From NCBI RefSeq assembly GCF_009914755.1, contig NC_060933.1: a DNA stretch of 64,000 bases, one strand, 5' to 3'. The number at the start of each line of letters is the position of its first letter. Within the stretch, counting starts at the first letter, position 1. Below are positions 1-12,190 of the stretch, one piece after another. The notes beneath the pieces are model-generated. The model saw only the letters and a program-made list of their open reading frames with translations, was not told the origin of the DNA and did not search any database. The position numbers and the translations under genes are program-made. Origin of the DNA: the human T2T-CHM13v2.0 reference genome, Homo sapiens.

Positions 1-59
1 AGATGAGGGTTGTTATTATCCTGAAGGTAGTCACCCATGACCTCATTCTAACAGTGATT

Positions 60-430
60 CCACTAATCAAGACATTCTTTGAATTCCACTGAGGAATTAC
101 CTTCAGAGTTTGTGACACATCCACTTGTTTCTAGGTTGTTAAATCTTTGTCTTTTTAAGGCTACATTCAGTATTTTAAAATAGTTAAGACACTTTAGTTT
201 AAGATCGACACTTAGAGTAAACCATCAAGGTGGATATGACCGCTTGCTGCTACTGAATCTACTGTGCAGACTATAATTCAAAAGAGGAATTCCAAATATA
301 CTTGTTGCAATAATAGCATGAGTAAGTACAGCCTTTGAAGCTGGATCCTTTGAAGGACAACACGTATTGAGGCTTATAATAATTTTATCCAAAAAAGATC
401 CATCTTCACCACCTCTAATTCCTTTGGAAA
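60..430 (+). mobile_element. Degenerate mariner-type DNA transposon fragment (MARNA-like)
   Basis: ttcaaaagaggaattccaaa...aagtacagcc...cctttgaagg resembles the recalled mariner transposase C-terminal coding region (KC..G.YFEG). Boundaries approximate. Confidence 0.4.
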
Positions 431-1427
431 ACAGAAAGAGTGTTATTTTGAAAAATAAGTTTTATTCCCTAGGATCATAAATTCCTGAATGCATGGACTA
501 CTGGGTGCCAAGATTGATTCCATTCCTTGTTCATTATGAGGGAAACAAACTTGTCTTGTTAAATGAGAAATCCAAGTATTCTCAAGTTTTGGAGAAAAAT
601 TTGATGCTTATCCTCATAATATATGGCAGGCCAGGATTTGTTGTTTAGTGAGTAAACTGCCAGGGGAAGGTCACATTCTGGCTTTGGGACCCAAGGCTAA
701 GGAAAGTATGTACGTTTACAGCAGAATGGTTAAGCTTCCAGTTTGCAGAGTTGCTGAGCTAGCCAGTTTTCTTCAGTATATTAAGATGGATTGCGGAAAT
801 TTTGGTCACATTTCCAAACCCAACTCCTGCTAATGTGACAACTCATTCTGTGAGGTCACTTGGGTCAGTCTGGGGCCTTCAGCTTTTAATTCCCATCTAG
901 GGAGAAATGGCTTGGCCTATGGAATGTGGAAAAAAAGTTCCCCAAAGCCAAGGAATCCTGAGTTCCTCCTGGAGCCAAGGAACAAGAAACAGATCACTTG
1001 TTGAGTCAAATTATTCACGAAATAGACAACATATAAATTAACTGTACATTTTCAACAAATTATTGGGGACCAGTCACACATAGCCTCCTAGCAGAAGAGA
1101 TCTGTTCTCTAAAAATAGAGATTGAAGATATACAAAAATATTTGGATCATATTATACACATCAGATATTTATTCTTCTTTAAGCCAATTCTCTTTGCTTT
1201 TGACTTTTCACTCAAAGTTCAGCCAAAAAAAAAAGAAGTTTGGCTTAAGGGTGAAGCAAAGCCAGTGTGCAGAATGATCAAAAGTTGAAAATAAGCAGTT
1301 TATCTTAATTATTTTCTTCCTCAGTGTCTTCCTACTCTCTCCCATCCCCGCCATCCTGAACCCTTAAGTGACTTGTTTCCTCCAAGGCCTCTGCATTGGA
1401 CTTCCGTGGATGTCTCATGTTCTAAAC

Positions 1428-1772
1428 CAGGGGTCCCCAATCCCGGGCTGTGGAGTGGTACTTGTCTGTGGCCTGTTAGGAACCCGGCCACACAGCAGGA
1501 GATGAGTGGAGGGCCATCAATCATTACCGCCTAAGTTCTGCCTCCTGTCAGATCAACCACAGCGTTAGATTCTCATAGGAGTGGGAACCCTATTGTTAAC
1601 TGCGCATGGGAGGGATCTAGGTTGCTTGCTCCTTATGAGAATCTAACTAATACCTGACAACCTGAGATGGAGCAGTTTCATCCCGAAACCATCCCCTCCC
1701 CCAACCCCGTCCATGGGAAAAATGGTCGTCCACAAAACCGGTCCCTGGTGCCAAAGAGGTTGGGGACCGCTG
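1428..1772 (+). mobile_element. MER1B-like hAT-Charlie non-autonomous DNA transposon
   Basis: TIRs CAGGGGTCCCCAA...TTGGGGACCGCTG; perfect 8-bp TSD TTCTAAAC at 1420-1427 and 1773-1780. Confidence 0.9.
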
Positions 1773-1979
1773 TTCTAAACTACCCCTTCCTGTCACTCAC
1801 TCCTAAATCCAAACTCCCTTTAGGCCTCCTCCAGGGAAGGTTGACTAAACTTTCATCCAGAGGTGTGAGTCATGGTGTTAGTGACAAATGAAAGCTATTG
1901 TTCAGCTCACACAACTGGAGAGAGATCAGCCTGGGGTTCTTTGACTTTTGGTGTGGTCAATGACAAGAAACACACACCC

Positions 1980-2170
1980 GGACACAGGAAGGGGAACATC
2001 ACACACCAGGGCCTGTTGTGGGGTGGGGGAGGGGGGAGGGGTAGCATTTGGAGATATACCTAACGTTAAATGACAAGTTACTGGGTGCAGCACACCAACA
2101 TGGCACATGTATACATATGTAACTAACCTGCACGTTGTGCACATGTACCCTAGAACTTAAATAAAAAAAA
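1980..2170 (+). mobile_element. Severely 5'-truncated L1PA 3' end
   Basis: L1 3'UTR sequence (ggacacaggaaggggaacatcacac...gtaccctagaacttaa) plus A tail; TSD aagaaacacacaccc (1965-1979) / aaaaaagacacaccc (2165-2179). Confidence 0.9.
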
Positions 2171-3509
2171 GACACACCCACTCATGCAACCAAGAGGACT
2201 TTGAGATTAACCCACAATCTCACTTTATCACTGCCTCACATCACCCCTTGGTCCAGAAGTTGGGAGAAGGATATTCTCTACTGGAGCCAGAGGGCAGAGT
2301 CAGGGAGGAGCTTGTTTCCACAGCCTGAGGGTCTGATAAGCATAACGTATATAGAGTTGCTGGTGTAGAATGCACTCAATAAATGTTGGTCTTTGCCTCT
2401 TCTCAGTGGAGGCCAGCTTCAGCATGGGGGACCCTGGGATTGCATACATGATATATATATAATAATATTATTGCTTACACACCCTGTGCCAGGCACTCCT
2501 TCAATTCCTATAACAACTCTGTGAGGTAGATACCACACATTTCAAAAGTAGAAACTGAGGCCAAGAGAATTTAGGTGATCTGCCCAACTTATTCAGCTGG
2601 GAAGTGGATTCAGACCCACAAGTCTACTGTAGTCCGTTTCCTTCAGCTTATCTACACCACATTACCTCTCTTGGATGCCTGCTTGTATTTTGACTCTGCA
2701 GAAAAAGGCTGCATGACCTCTCACAAGAGACAGGGCAGTGAGTGACAGGAGGTGCATCATCAGCCTCAAAAAGGAGGCATACCCTTCCTTTTTTCGTGGG
2801 CTGGATGGAGCTGTGGTTCTCATCAGTGCCCTCAGTTTTGTGCAGCTGGCTCACTTCTCCATTTCATTCTAATCAGTCAACTGCACTATTCCAGGTTCAA
2901 ACTAACCCTTACATCATCAAAACAAAAATATTTACACTGCTAAGCTAACGGCCACCTCAGCACGGATCAACAAGATGACCATATGCTTTACTGCCGTCTG
3001 CTGGAAAATTATGGCAACAACTACCCAAATACACAAAGCAAAGAGTGCCCCCCTGGAGTAGTGCAACGCAAAAATGTTTACAACTGTGACCAACAGCTCT
3101 GCTTAAAAGGCTTCTAGTAATTTAGCCAATACTCTGGGGATCAGAGGGAGTACATGAGGCATAAAAAACAGTCCCCAAGGAATTTTCACAGGGTTTTCTC
3201 TGGTAACTGATAACTAGTCCCATGGTATCTGCATTTTAAAACAGAAGCTTGTTAACCTAAATAAGTCTCCAATTAGTGGGATTTAAATCAGTATGACAAG
3301 AGTAATGGGAAGTATTTCATGCAGGGGTGAACATATTTTTGGTGAGTGATGTCTTACAAAAGTCCCTTTACAAAATAATGAGAGTGTTTCTCCAGACATC
3401 TGCAATTAAAGCACCTTCACATAAAGTCTCTCATTTGAACTACGTAACAACTTTGAAAAGTGTTATAACTGTCTTCATTTTAAAGATGAGAGGAAGACAA
3501 TGGAGGAGT

Positions 3510-3750
3510 TTCATGCCTTTTGTATGCCTGGTACTGTGTTCAGTGCTTTATATTCATTTTCTTATTTAGCCTTCACAAGAATCCTAAGAGTTAGATGGTT
3601 TTCTCCTGTTTTAAATAAAAAAAAAAAAAAAGAAAAAAAGAAAAAGAGAGAGAGAGAGTCTGAAGGTTTTGCCCCAGGTCACTCAACTGGAAAGGTTCAG
3701 AGTCAGGACTTGAACCCAGGTCTGACTGTTCTAAGCCCAAGATTTTTCCA
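3510..3750 (-). mobile_element. MIR with expanded A/AG-rich tract
   Basis: MIR core motifs (cccaggtcac...ggacttgaacccaggtctgact). Confidence 0.65.
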
Positions 3751-4140
3751 ATACATACAGTGTACAGGCAAACCCAGGGACCTGCTTTCCTGAATCTGGT
3801 GCCAGCTGAGTTAGGGAGGCAAAGATCATTTACTGAGCACGTTCTACATCAGGTACTTAACATACTATTTTAAATGCTCTTTACAGCAACCATTTCAAGT
3901 AGGTATTACCTCCTCCTCCCATATCTTACATTCAAACATGCATGAGTCGTAGTCAGGATTTCAGCCAAAGTCTTTCAGCTCCATCCATAGCTTCTGTTCT
4001 TTTCATGACACAGGTCCTAGAGGGAGTCTTCCTGGTACCTCCTAAAGCAGGCTCCGTGGGAAGCCATTACACTTCCCATGTGTACCCACAGGGAGGACGC
4101 TTCCCTGCTTGCTCCTCTCCCTTTCTTCTCCTCCCCGATC

Positions 4141-4462
<322 letters not shown>

Positions 4463-4775
4463 TATTTTATAGGACATGTGGCTGGTAGATTCCATGAACT
4501 TCAAGGCTTCATTGCTCTTTTTTTAATCATTATGATTGGCAGCAAAAGGAAATGTGAAGCAGACATACACAAAGGCCATTTCGTTCACAAAGTACTGCCT
4601 CTAGAAATACTCATTTTGGCCCAAACTCAGAATGTCTCATAGTTGCTCTGTGTTGTGTGAAACATCTGACCTTCTCAATGACGTTGATATTGAAAACCTG
4701 AGGGGAGCAACAGCTTAGATTTTTCTTGTAGCTTCTCGTGGCATCTAGCTCAATAAATATTTTTGGACTTGAGTT
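4463..4775 (+). other. KCNV2: KCNV2 3' UTR (end approximate)
   Basis: Lies between TAG (4460-4462) and AATAAA (4752-4757), with T-rich tract downstream (4788-4810). Confidence 0.75.
4752..4757 (+). terminator. KCNV2: Polyadenylation signal AATAAA of KCNV2
   Basis: First canonical hexamer after the stop codon; followed by T-rich downstream element. Confidence 0.8.
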
Positions 4776-4859
4776 GACTTGAGAAAATTTTTTTTACTTT
4801 AAATTTTTCTAAAATTCTTAACTTTCCAGAGGGAGGGAGGGTTACAGCAGAAATTATAC

Positions 4860-5290
4860 AAGCTTTGGAGTTAGACCAACCTTAGTCAGAATCCCAGAGC
4901 TACCAGCTGTATGCTTTTAGGCAAGCGACTCTAACCCTTTAAGCCTCAGTTTCTTCAACTGTGAAATGTAGGCAATACTTACCCTGCCAGGCTGAGCAAT
5001 ATAGTGAGACCCTGCCTCTACAAAAACTTATTAAGAATTATCTGGGTGTGCTGGCCCACACCTGTAGTCCCAGCTACTTGGAAGACTGAGGTGAGATCAC
5101 TTGAGCCCAGGAGTTTGAGGTTAGAGTAAGCTATAACCACATTACTGCACTCCAATCTAGATGGCAGAGTAAGACCCTGCCTCAAATAAATAAATAAATA
5201 AATAAATAAATAAAACCACCTGCCTTGTAAAATGAGTCTGGGGATAACAGATATGTGTAAACGCTCAATAAATGATAGGTATTAAAATTG
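4860..5290 (+). mobile_element. MIR interrupted by an Alu
   Basis: ctttggagttagac...gcctcagtttcttcaactgtgaaatg; resumes after Alu with gtaaacgctcaataaatg. Confidence 0.7.
4986..5214 (+). mobile_element. 5'-truncated AluJ with (TAAA)n tail
   Basis: Alu right arm, cacttgagcccaggagtttgagg, AAAT microsatellite tail. Confidence 0.85.
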
Positions 5291-5324
5291 TTTAAGTGGA
5301 TGTTATCTAGTGAAATCTCTAGAC

Positions 5325-5541
5325 CAGTGGTTCTCAAAGGCAAATTCATTCCTCAGAGGCCAGCTAATGCCTAGAGATGGTTTTGATTGCCAATACCGTG
5401 AGGGGCAATAAGGGAGACTTCTGGCATCTAGGAGCTAGGGGCCGAGGATGTTGCTAAACATCCTACAAGGCAAAGGACAGCCCCCATAACAAAGAATTAT
5501 CTGACCCAAAATGTCAATAGTGCCAAACTGGAGAAACTCTT
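5325..5541 (+). mobile_element. MER20 (hAT-Charlie)
   Basis: Starts CAGTGGTTCTCAA; ends cccaaaatgtcaatagtgcc..gagaaact; TSD ctctagac/gtctagat. Confidence 0.85.
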
Positions 5542-6249
5542 GTCTAGATTTAATATGGGAGCCCCCAGATTGGACTTGTGAAACATGCCTAAATGTACTA
5601 ATCCTCCCCCATTAGAAGGAGCCCCCATACTGTCCTTACTGACTCAGGCCTCCTTTTTCTCTTTTCCACAAAAGGAAGAAAAAAAAATAGCCCACCTCCT
5701 GAACAATTGCTGTGGGCAAAAGTAATTAAATCAGTGTGGCCCTCCACTCTCACTGTTGGTGGATTAGAGAACCAGTGCCCACAGGAAATGGGTCCTTTCT
5801 CTCCCTGTAACCTTTTCCTCTTCATTTCTTTGTCCTTCCTTGGGACTATTGGAAATGGAAGTGTTGAGAATTAAAGACTCCTTTGAACTGAGCACACAAA
5901 GATTGCCCTGTAACTGGAGCTTGCCAATGCAGACCCTCAAATTTGTCTCGGGGCATGGCTGGACCTATACTTGTGTCATAAGAATAAACTGCTGATTCAA
6001 GCAACAGAGAGAGAAAAAAATAAGAATAGTTGCCTACAATGAGAGGCAATTTGGACTGTATATGTAGCATATAACTTTAATATTTAATACATCCCTAAAT
6101 AAGGTATTGGATTACTTTTTAATTTAGGAAGAAATGGAAGCTTGGAGAAGTTAAGTAATTCCACTACGTTCACACAGCCAGTAAACAGTGGGACTGGGGT
6201 TCAAGCCCAGGTCTGTCTGATCCCCAGGGCTCTTGATGGAGGGCTAAAC

Positions 6250-6420
6250 TTGTATCATCAGCATCACCTGGACGGCTTGTTAAAGCCAAGCATGCTGGGC
6301 CCTGTCCCTGGGGTATCAATCAGTAGGCTTGGGAAGGAGCTCAAGGATTTGCATTTCTGACAAGTTCCAGGTGATGCTGATGGCGCTTGTGTGAGGGAAC
6401 ACATGTTGAGAGCCAGGGGT
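6250..6420. mobile_element. MER5A (hAT-Charlie)
   Basis: cagcatcacctg...ttgttaaa...tgcatttctgacaagttccaggtgatgctgatg palindromic core. Confidence 0.8.
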
Positions 6421-6578
6421 CTAAATCACTTTGCTCTGCCCTCCCATAAGGAGCTAGGATTATGAAAGGAGGCTATAACTGGAAAACTCTATTTAGATCC
6501 CACTCCCCCTTACTCCCAAGTGTTCTTATCATCAGCAGTGACCTGGCCTCTGAAGGGTGAACAGAAGCCCTACTGTCC

Positions 6579-7131
6579 TAAGGTTGCCAGATAAAATACA
6601 GGATGCCTGGAGTGTCTTACTCTGTACTGCTAAAACAGAATATTACAGGCTGGGTAATTTTCAATGAACAGACACTTACTGCTCACAGTTCTGGAGTCTG
6701 GGAATCCCAAAATCAAGGCATGTGCACGTTCAGTTGTCTGATGAGAGCTGCTTTCTGTTTCCAAGATGGTTCCTTATTGCTGCATCCTCCTGAGGGGAGG
6801 ACTACTCTACCCTCACGCGGTAGAAGAGCAAGCTTACCAAACACTACATGAATCCCTTTTTATAAGGACCTTACGTGCTTTCAGGAGGGAGGAGCTCTCA
6901 TGGCTTAATCACCTCTTAAAGGATCCACCTCTGAAAACTATCACATTGGCAACAGCTGAATTTTGGAGGAGACGCATCCCAACCATAGCACCAGTTAAAT
7001 TTCAAGATAAATAATTTTTAGTAGAAGCATTTTGCAAATATTGCATGGTGTATACTTCTACTAAAAAACTGTTTATTTAAAATTCAAATTTAAGGTGTCC
7101 TGTACTTTCATTTGCTAAATCTGGCAATCCT
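6579..7131. mobile_element. MER53 palindromic hAT MITE, split by a MaLR LTR
   Basis: aggttgccagataaaatacaggatgc | ccagttaaattt...gtcctgta...ttgctaaatctggcaatcct. Confidence 0.8.
6613..6990 (-). mobile_element. MaLR solo LTR (MST/MLT1A-like) nested in MER53
   Basis: tgtcttactc...gctcacagttctggag...taatcacctcttaaagg...aaccatagca. Confidence 0.8.
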
Positions 7132-8302
7132 GCACTATTGCTTTTGAGTTTCCTCTTACGGATGAAAATTACCCCCAAGTCCTAAAAAACCCACCCAAAC
7201 AACAGGACTCTCAGCCAAGGGAGACTTCTCTCCCCTCTTGCCAAATATAAAAGAGATAAATTTCTAATTAGTTTCTTTGCCAGATACAATCATGCAAACA
7301 AAGTTACAACGTGCAGGTCTGGAGCACAGCTTACATAACCACCTAACACCCTCACTGCAGCAGCCGCCTCTTCTTGTCGACCTCCAGCCTTCCTGCTCCT
7401 TCTGCAGTCTCCAAGGGGAGGGATTTACTGATGAAATGCATCTGCTGGGGCTGTTAGGAAGGGCCAATGTCCATCACCCCAACCCTGCTTGAAGCCCAGA
7501 CAGAATGGTCCAGACCTTCCCAGCAGAAGAGACTGCCTGAGAGAAAGGAGTAGGGACCTGTGGAGGAAGGGTCGGGAGAGGTCTGATGAAAAAGATGGAC
7601 TTTTCCAGATCCCTGGGAGGGAATCTTGGAAACGACAGTGGCCCACTCCTCCCAATCTCACTGGCCACATCTGCTCAGCACGGCCTTCCCAGCAAGTAAG
7701 ACTGACAGATCGAAGGAAGTTAAAACAAAAAGAATGTTTCGTAAGCCTCACTGTGTACCAGGCACAAAACCAACATTATGTCACTTAATCCTTCAACACT
7801 CCTATGACATGGGTTTCAAGGTGGTCATTTACAAAGGCTTAGCTTCCTTTAACTTGACACGGTCTTTGGGTCTGGGTTTGAAACCTGGCTCTGCCATTGA
7901 CTAAGAGGTTAAGCCATATGAAGTTTCCATTTGCATTTTAAAATGTCTGAATAGTGTAATTTCACATGGCATAACTGAATAGTTGTGTGACCACAATTTC
8001 CCTCAGCCTCAGTTTCTGCTTCATTTAAATGGAGATGATAACGATGTCTTTCTCAGGGTTGTGGTGGTAATAAAATGATATGATAGATCTCTTAATGTAC
8101 TATTTGACACATATTTAGTGCTCAATAAATTTAGATCACTATTATCACCATCATCATCACTATTTTGCTAGCTGCATAGGAAAACTATACAAGTCCAGAC
8201 AGAGTCACCTGTCATCGAAGACAGGATTCTGTGGGTGAAGACAGCTTTTGAATCCTGTTGCCAGCCCCCTAGCCCAACCAGTGGTATGCACAAGGATCTA
8301 GA

Positions 8303-8512
8303 TGAGTCTGTCCAATAGAACTTTCTGTAATGATGGAAATTTTATTATGCACTGTCTGATGCAGTAGCCATCAGCCATGTGTGGCTAGGGGGCACATGAA
8401 ATGCAGCTAACATAAGTCTGGAACTAAATTTTTTATTACTTAATTTTAATTAATTTTATTTTAGATTCAAATGTCCATGTGTGGCTGGAGGCTACCAAAT
8501 TAGACAATGCAG
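8303..8512. mobile_element. MER3-like hAT-Charlie element
   Basis: ctgtccaatagaactttctgtaatgatggaaat...gtggctggaggctaccaaattagaca. Confidence 0.8.
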
Positions 8513-9016
8513 ATGTACAGTGCAATGTAGCCTCTTCTTCTGCCCTCATGGTGGGATCTCAGGAGGAGTGCTTGGCTTTTTGTGAAGGAGTAGAACCAAG
8601 AAAAGAGCAAGAAAACATGACAGTACCCCTGTTCTGGCCCAGCCGCTGGAATGGGTTTCTAGGCCAACAGGTGCAGCATTGTAAATAGATAGCGTTGATC
8701 TGATTGGTGGACTGGGATGGCCTCCTTTGTTAAAGAGAAAAGAAAAGAAAATCTTCCAAAGTATAAGCAACAACAAAAAAGAGCTCTGAAAAGACCATCT
8801 CCATTATTCAAATGGGTCCCAACCTTCATCCCGAGGGGCTTTGGGGCTCCCTCACTTGTGCCTACCCAAGGCCATACACATTATCTTCTTAATCTTCTAA
8901 CCCAGACTGGGCCAAAAACACTTCCCCTGTTTCACCTTAGCTTCAAAAAATAAGTGGACATGTTCACAAGAAACGTTTCTCAAATTTAAGGGGAAAGCAT
9001 TAGTTATCACCTGCCT

Positions 9017-9078
9017 CCAAAGATTCCAGGTTCAAGAAAATAGTTTGCCAAAGATTCCAGGTTCAAGAAAATAGTTTG
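9017..9078. repeat. Perfect 31-bp tandem duplication
   Basis: ccaaagattccaggttcaagaaaatagtttg x2 (9017-9047, 9048-9078). Confidence 0.97.
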
Positions 9079-9239
9079 CATTTTGTTGAGCTCCCAGTTC
9101 CCTCCTCCCAGGCTGATGTCCTGGTTCCCCAAGTCGAGGGGAATGTGGTCCCTACACTCCAGCTTTCCTTTCCCTCCCTGGTTTCCTCTGATGTGATGCT
9201 TTTAAAACTCATGTGAATTTTGTATTCTACCTTCTATGT

Positions 9240-9658
9240 CTATTCTGGTGTGCTGGGCCTTCTCCCTCTGTCCTCCCACAGCCATTATTTACCCTTTTCT
9301 GCCCTGCAGCATGACCAAGGGGTCTTGGAGAGAATGTTCTGGGTGTGTACTCCTCACCCTCTCTCTATCCACTGTCCAGTCTAAGCAGTAGTTGAGTTCC
9401 TACAGCCGTGGCTCAGTTGAGTAGCCTTGTTTAACCACAGCATTTACAGGTCCTAGAAACACCTTTCCCTCCTGTTGTTCCCTCAGGCCTATGAGTAGTA
9501 ATGGCCTCCCACTGTTGCCAACTCTCGAATATCCTACCGAGCCTTGTTGGTTCTCTTCATCCAGATCATACCTGTGTGTGTAAATGGAATCTTTATTAAA
9601 ATCTCTTCAATTAAACTGCTTGAGTGTGCCATCTATTTCCTGCTGGAACCTTAATACA
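9240..9658 (+). mobile_element. ERVL solo LTR (LTR33-like)
   Basis: 3' end tttattaaaatctcttcaatt...tgagtgtgccatctatttcctgctggaacc..taataca. Confidence 0.65.
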
Positions 9659-9740
9659 TCTTGTATTGTTTAAGAAAAATATATTGTGCATATTCCCCAA
9701 CTCGCCACCAAATAGATGAGGCATGTTTGTCTGACAGTCA

Positions 9741-10211
<471 letters not shown>

Positions 10212-10817
10212 TTAGGAGAAGTTTTCTGTGACTAAATCTGTTGAGTTCCCTTACACAACCTCATCCCAATATGCAAATGGATTTTTGTGAATATATGATG
10301 GAATCGCGTGCATAAAATCTGTTCAAATATATGCACCTAGAAACAGAAGTTTTGGTGCCCTCTGAGGACATCAAGAAATCATCTCAACCAGGCTCTTACC
10401 TTGATTCAGGTAAGGTTTATTTACCTCGTTTGGCAGGTGGTATAACTGAGACCGAGAGAAGTTAAGAGAAATGCCCAGAGATGGATCTGTTTCCCATGCT
10501 GCCACCCACTCCCTATGTCCACAGCAGATATTGTTAATCAATCACATTACTCGTTCCCGTTGGAAGGCCTTCTTGTTGCAGTTCTCTAGCAACCAACGCA
10601 AATCTCTCAGAGTTGACACTCAAGACCTGTTTGTCATCCTAGCATGTGCTTGAGTGTTAAAAACCAGAAAAAAGAACTAGAAATCAGTCTCTATAGTCTC
10701 CTAGTGCACTGTTCTTTTTGAAGGATTTCCCTGTAAATTCAGAAAACCTGTGCAGACTACGCTCAGTTATCCTTAATACCTAGTATGTTTTGTTAAGTAA
10801 GCCTCTCTGCCTCCTTC

Positions 10818-11139
10818 TTTTTTTTTTCTTTTTTTTTTTTTTTGAGACAGGGTCTCACTCTGGCACCCAGGCTGGAGTGCAGTGGCGCAATCATGGCTCA
10901 CCTCAGCCTCAACCTCCCAGGCTCAGGTGATCATCCACCTCAGCCTCCCTAGTAGCTGGGACGACGGGTACCCACCACCACACCTGGCTAATTTTTGTAC
11001 TTTAAATTTTTTTTTTTTTTTTTTGAGACAGGGTTCTGCATGTTGCTCAGGCTGGTCTCCAACTTCCGGGCTCAAGTGATCCGCCCACCTCAGCCTCCCA
11101 AAGCAAGAGGATTACATGCATGAGCCACCATGCCTGGCC
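10818..11139 (-). mobile_element. AluJ
   Basis: Poly-T then gagacagggtctcactc; TSD aagtaagcctct/aagtgagcctct. Confidence 0.92.
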
Positions 11140-11332
11140 AAGTGAGCCTCTTCAAGCCTCAGTTTCCACCTTATAACGTGGAGATTAAGATTTCCTTATT
11201 GGGAGGGTTAACTGATACATAAAGGCAAAGTACCTGGCACAATATCTATTACATAATGGGTGCCCGGATCATGGTAGCTCTTATTATTCATATTTTATCA
11301 ACAGAATGTCCACCATCCACAGTGTGCTCTTC

Positions 11333-11720
11333 TGTGGTGGTCATCAGGCTCCCCAGCCATTAGGCTGTTCACAAGTATTTTATTAATTTTCCTGAAATAT
11401 GTGCATTCTAATTGCATTTCTCCACCACATTCAAGTTATGTGTGACAAATGGCTTGTTTTGGCCAAAAAAATAAGAGCAAAAGATATTACTTCTGAGTAG
11501 AAGCATTTAATTGCTACTTCTCTCCTCCAGTCTTCCTTTTCTATGTTTTTGTAACTGTGGAAACACATGTCAAGATGGAGCATCCATCAGCCAAAGGCAG
11601 AGTACCTTGATGAACAGAACCCCAGGCTGACCCCTGTTGCACATGTCATGTAAGTGAGAAATACACCTCTGTTGGGTAAAGTCACTGAGATTCTGCAATC
11701 GTTTCTAATCCACCTTGATA
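11333..11720 (+). mobile_element. Old MaLR LTR (MLT1J-like)
   Basis: tgtggtgg start; gtcaagatggagcatccatcagcc; gtgagaaata...aagtcactgagatt. Confidence 0.6.
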
Positions 11721-11849
11721 AATGCCTCTTTTTGCATCAAGTTTCCATCATAACAGAGAGGTAACCTGAAACATTTATATGTCTTGAATATTCATGCCCC
11801 CCAAAGTAATTTTCTCACTCTTCTACATAGTACTTGATAATAATGCTGC

Positions 11850-12190
11850 TTAAAATGGATCCAATGCCCACTACGTGCCAAGCATTCTTTCTGAGCACTT
11901 CAAGCAAGCTAATGTATACATTTTAGTACCATGTCTGGCACATGGTAAATGTCCAAATTTATTCTAATCATCACTACCATCACTGTCATCATTACTATGC
12001 GCCATCTCCAGTCCTTATGACAGCCCAGGGAGGTAGGGACTATTATTATCTCCACTTGACAGAAGAGGAAGCCAAGGCACAAAGTCATTAAGTAATATGC
12101 TCAAGGTTTCAGAAGCTGAAAATAATGCCGCAAGGGTTTGGGCCCAAGTATGTCTGAAACCAAAGTTCTTGTCTTTTCCATAATGCTCCA
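11850..12190 (-). mobile_element. MIR fragments
   Basis: gaggtagggactattattatctccacttgacagaagaggaagccaaggcac MIR core. Confidence 0.7.

Noticed and set aside
7020-7070. miR-1302 gene
   Set aside because: MER53 copy differs from the recalled mature sequence (tggtgtatacttctactaaa versus tgggacatacttatgctaaa) and one arm is disrupted.
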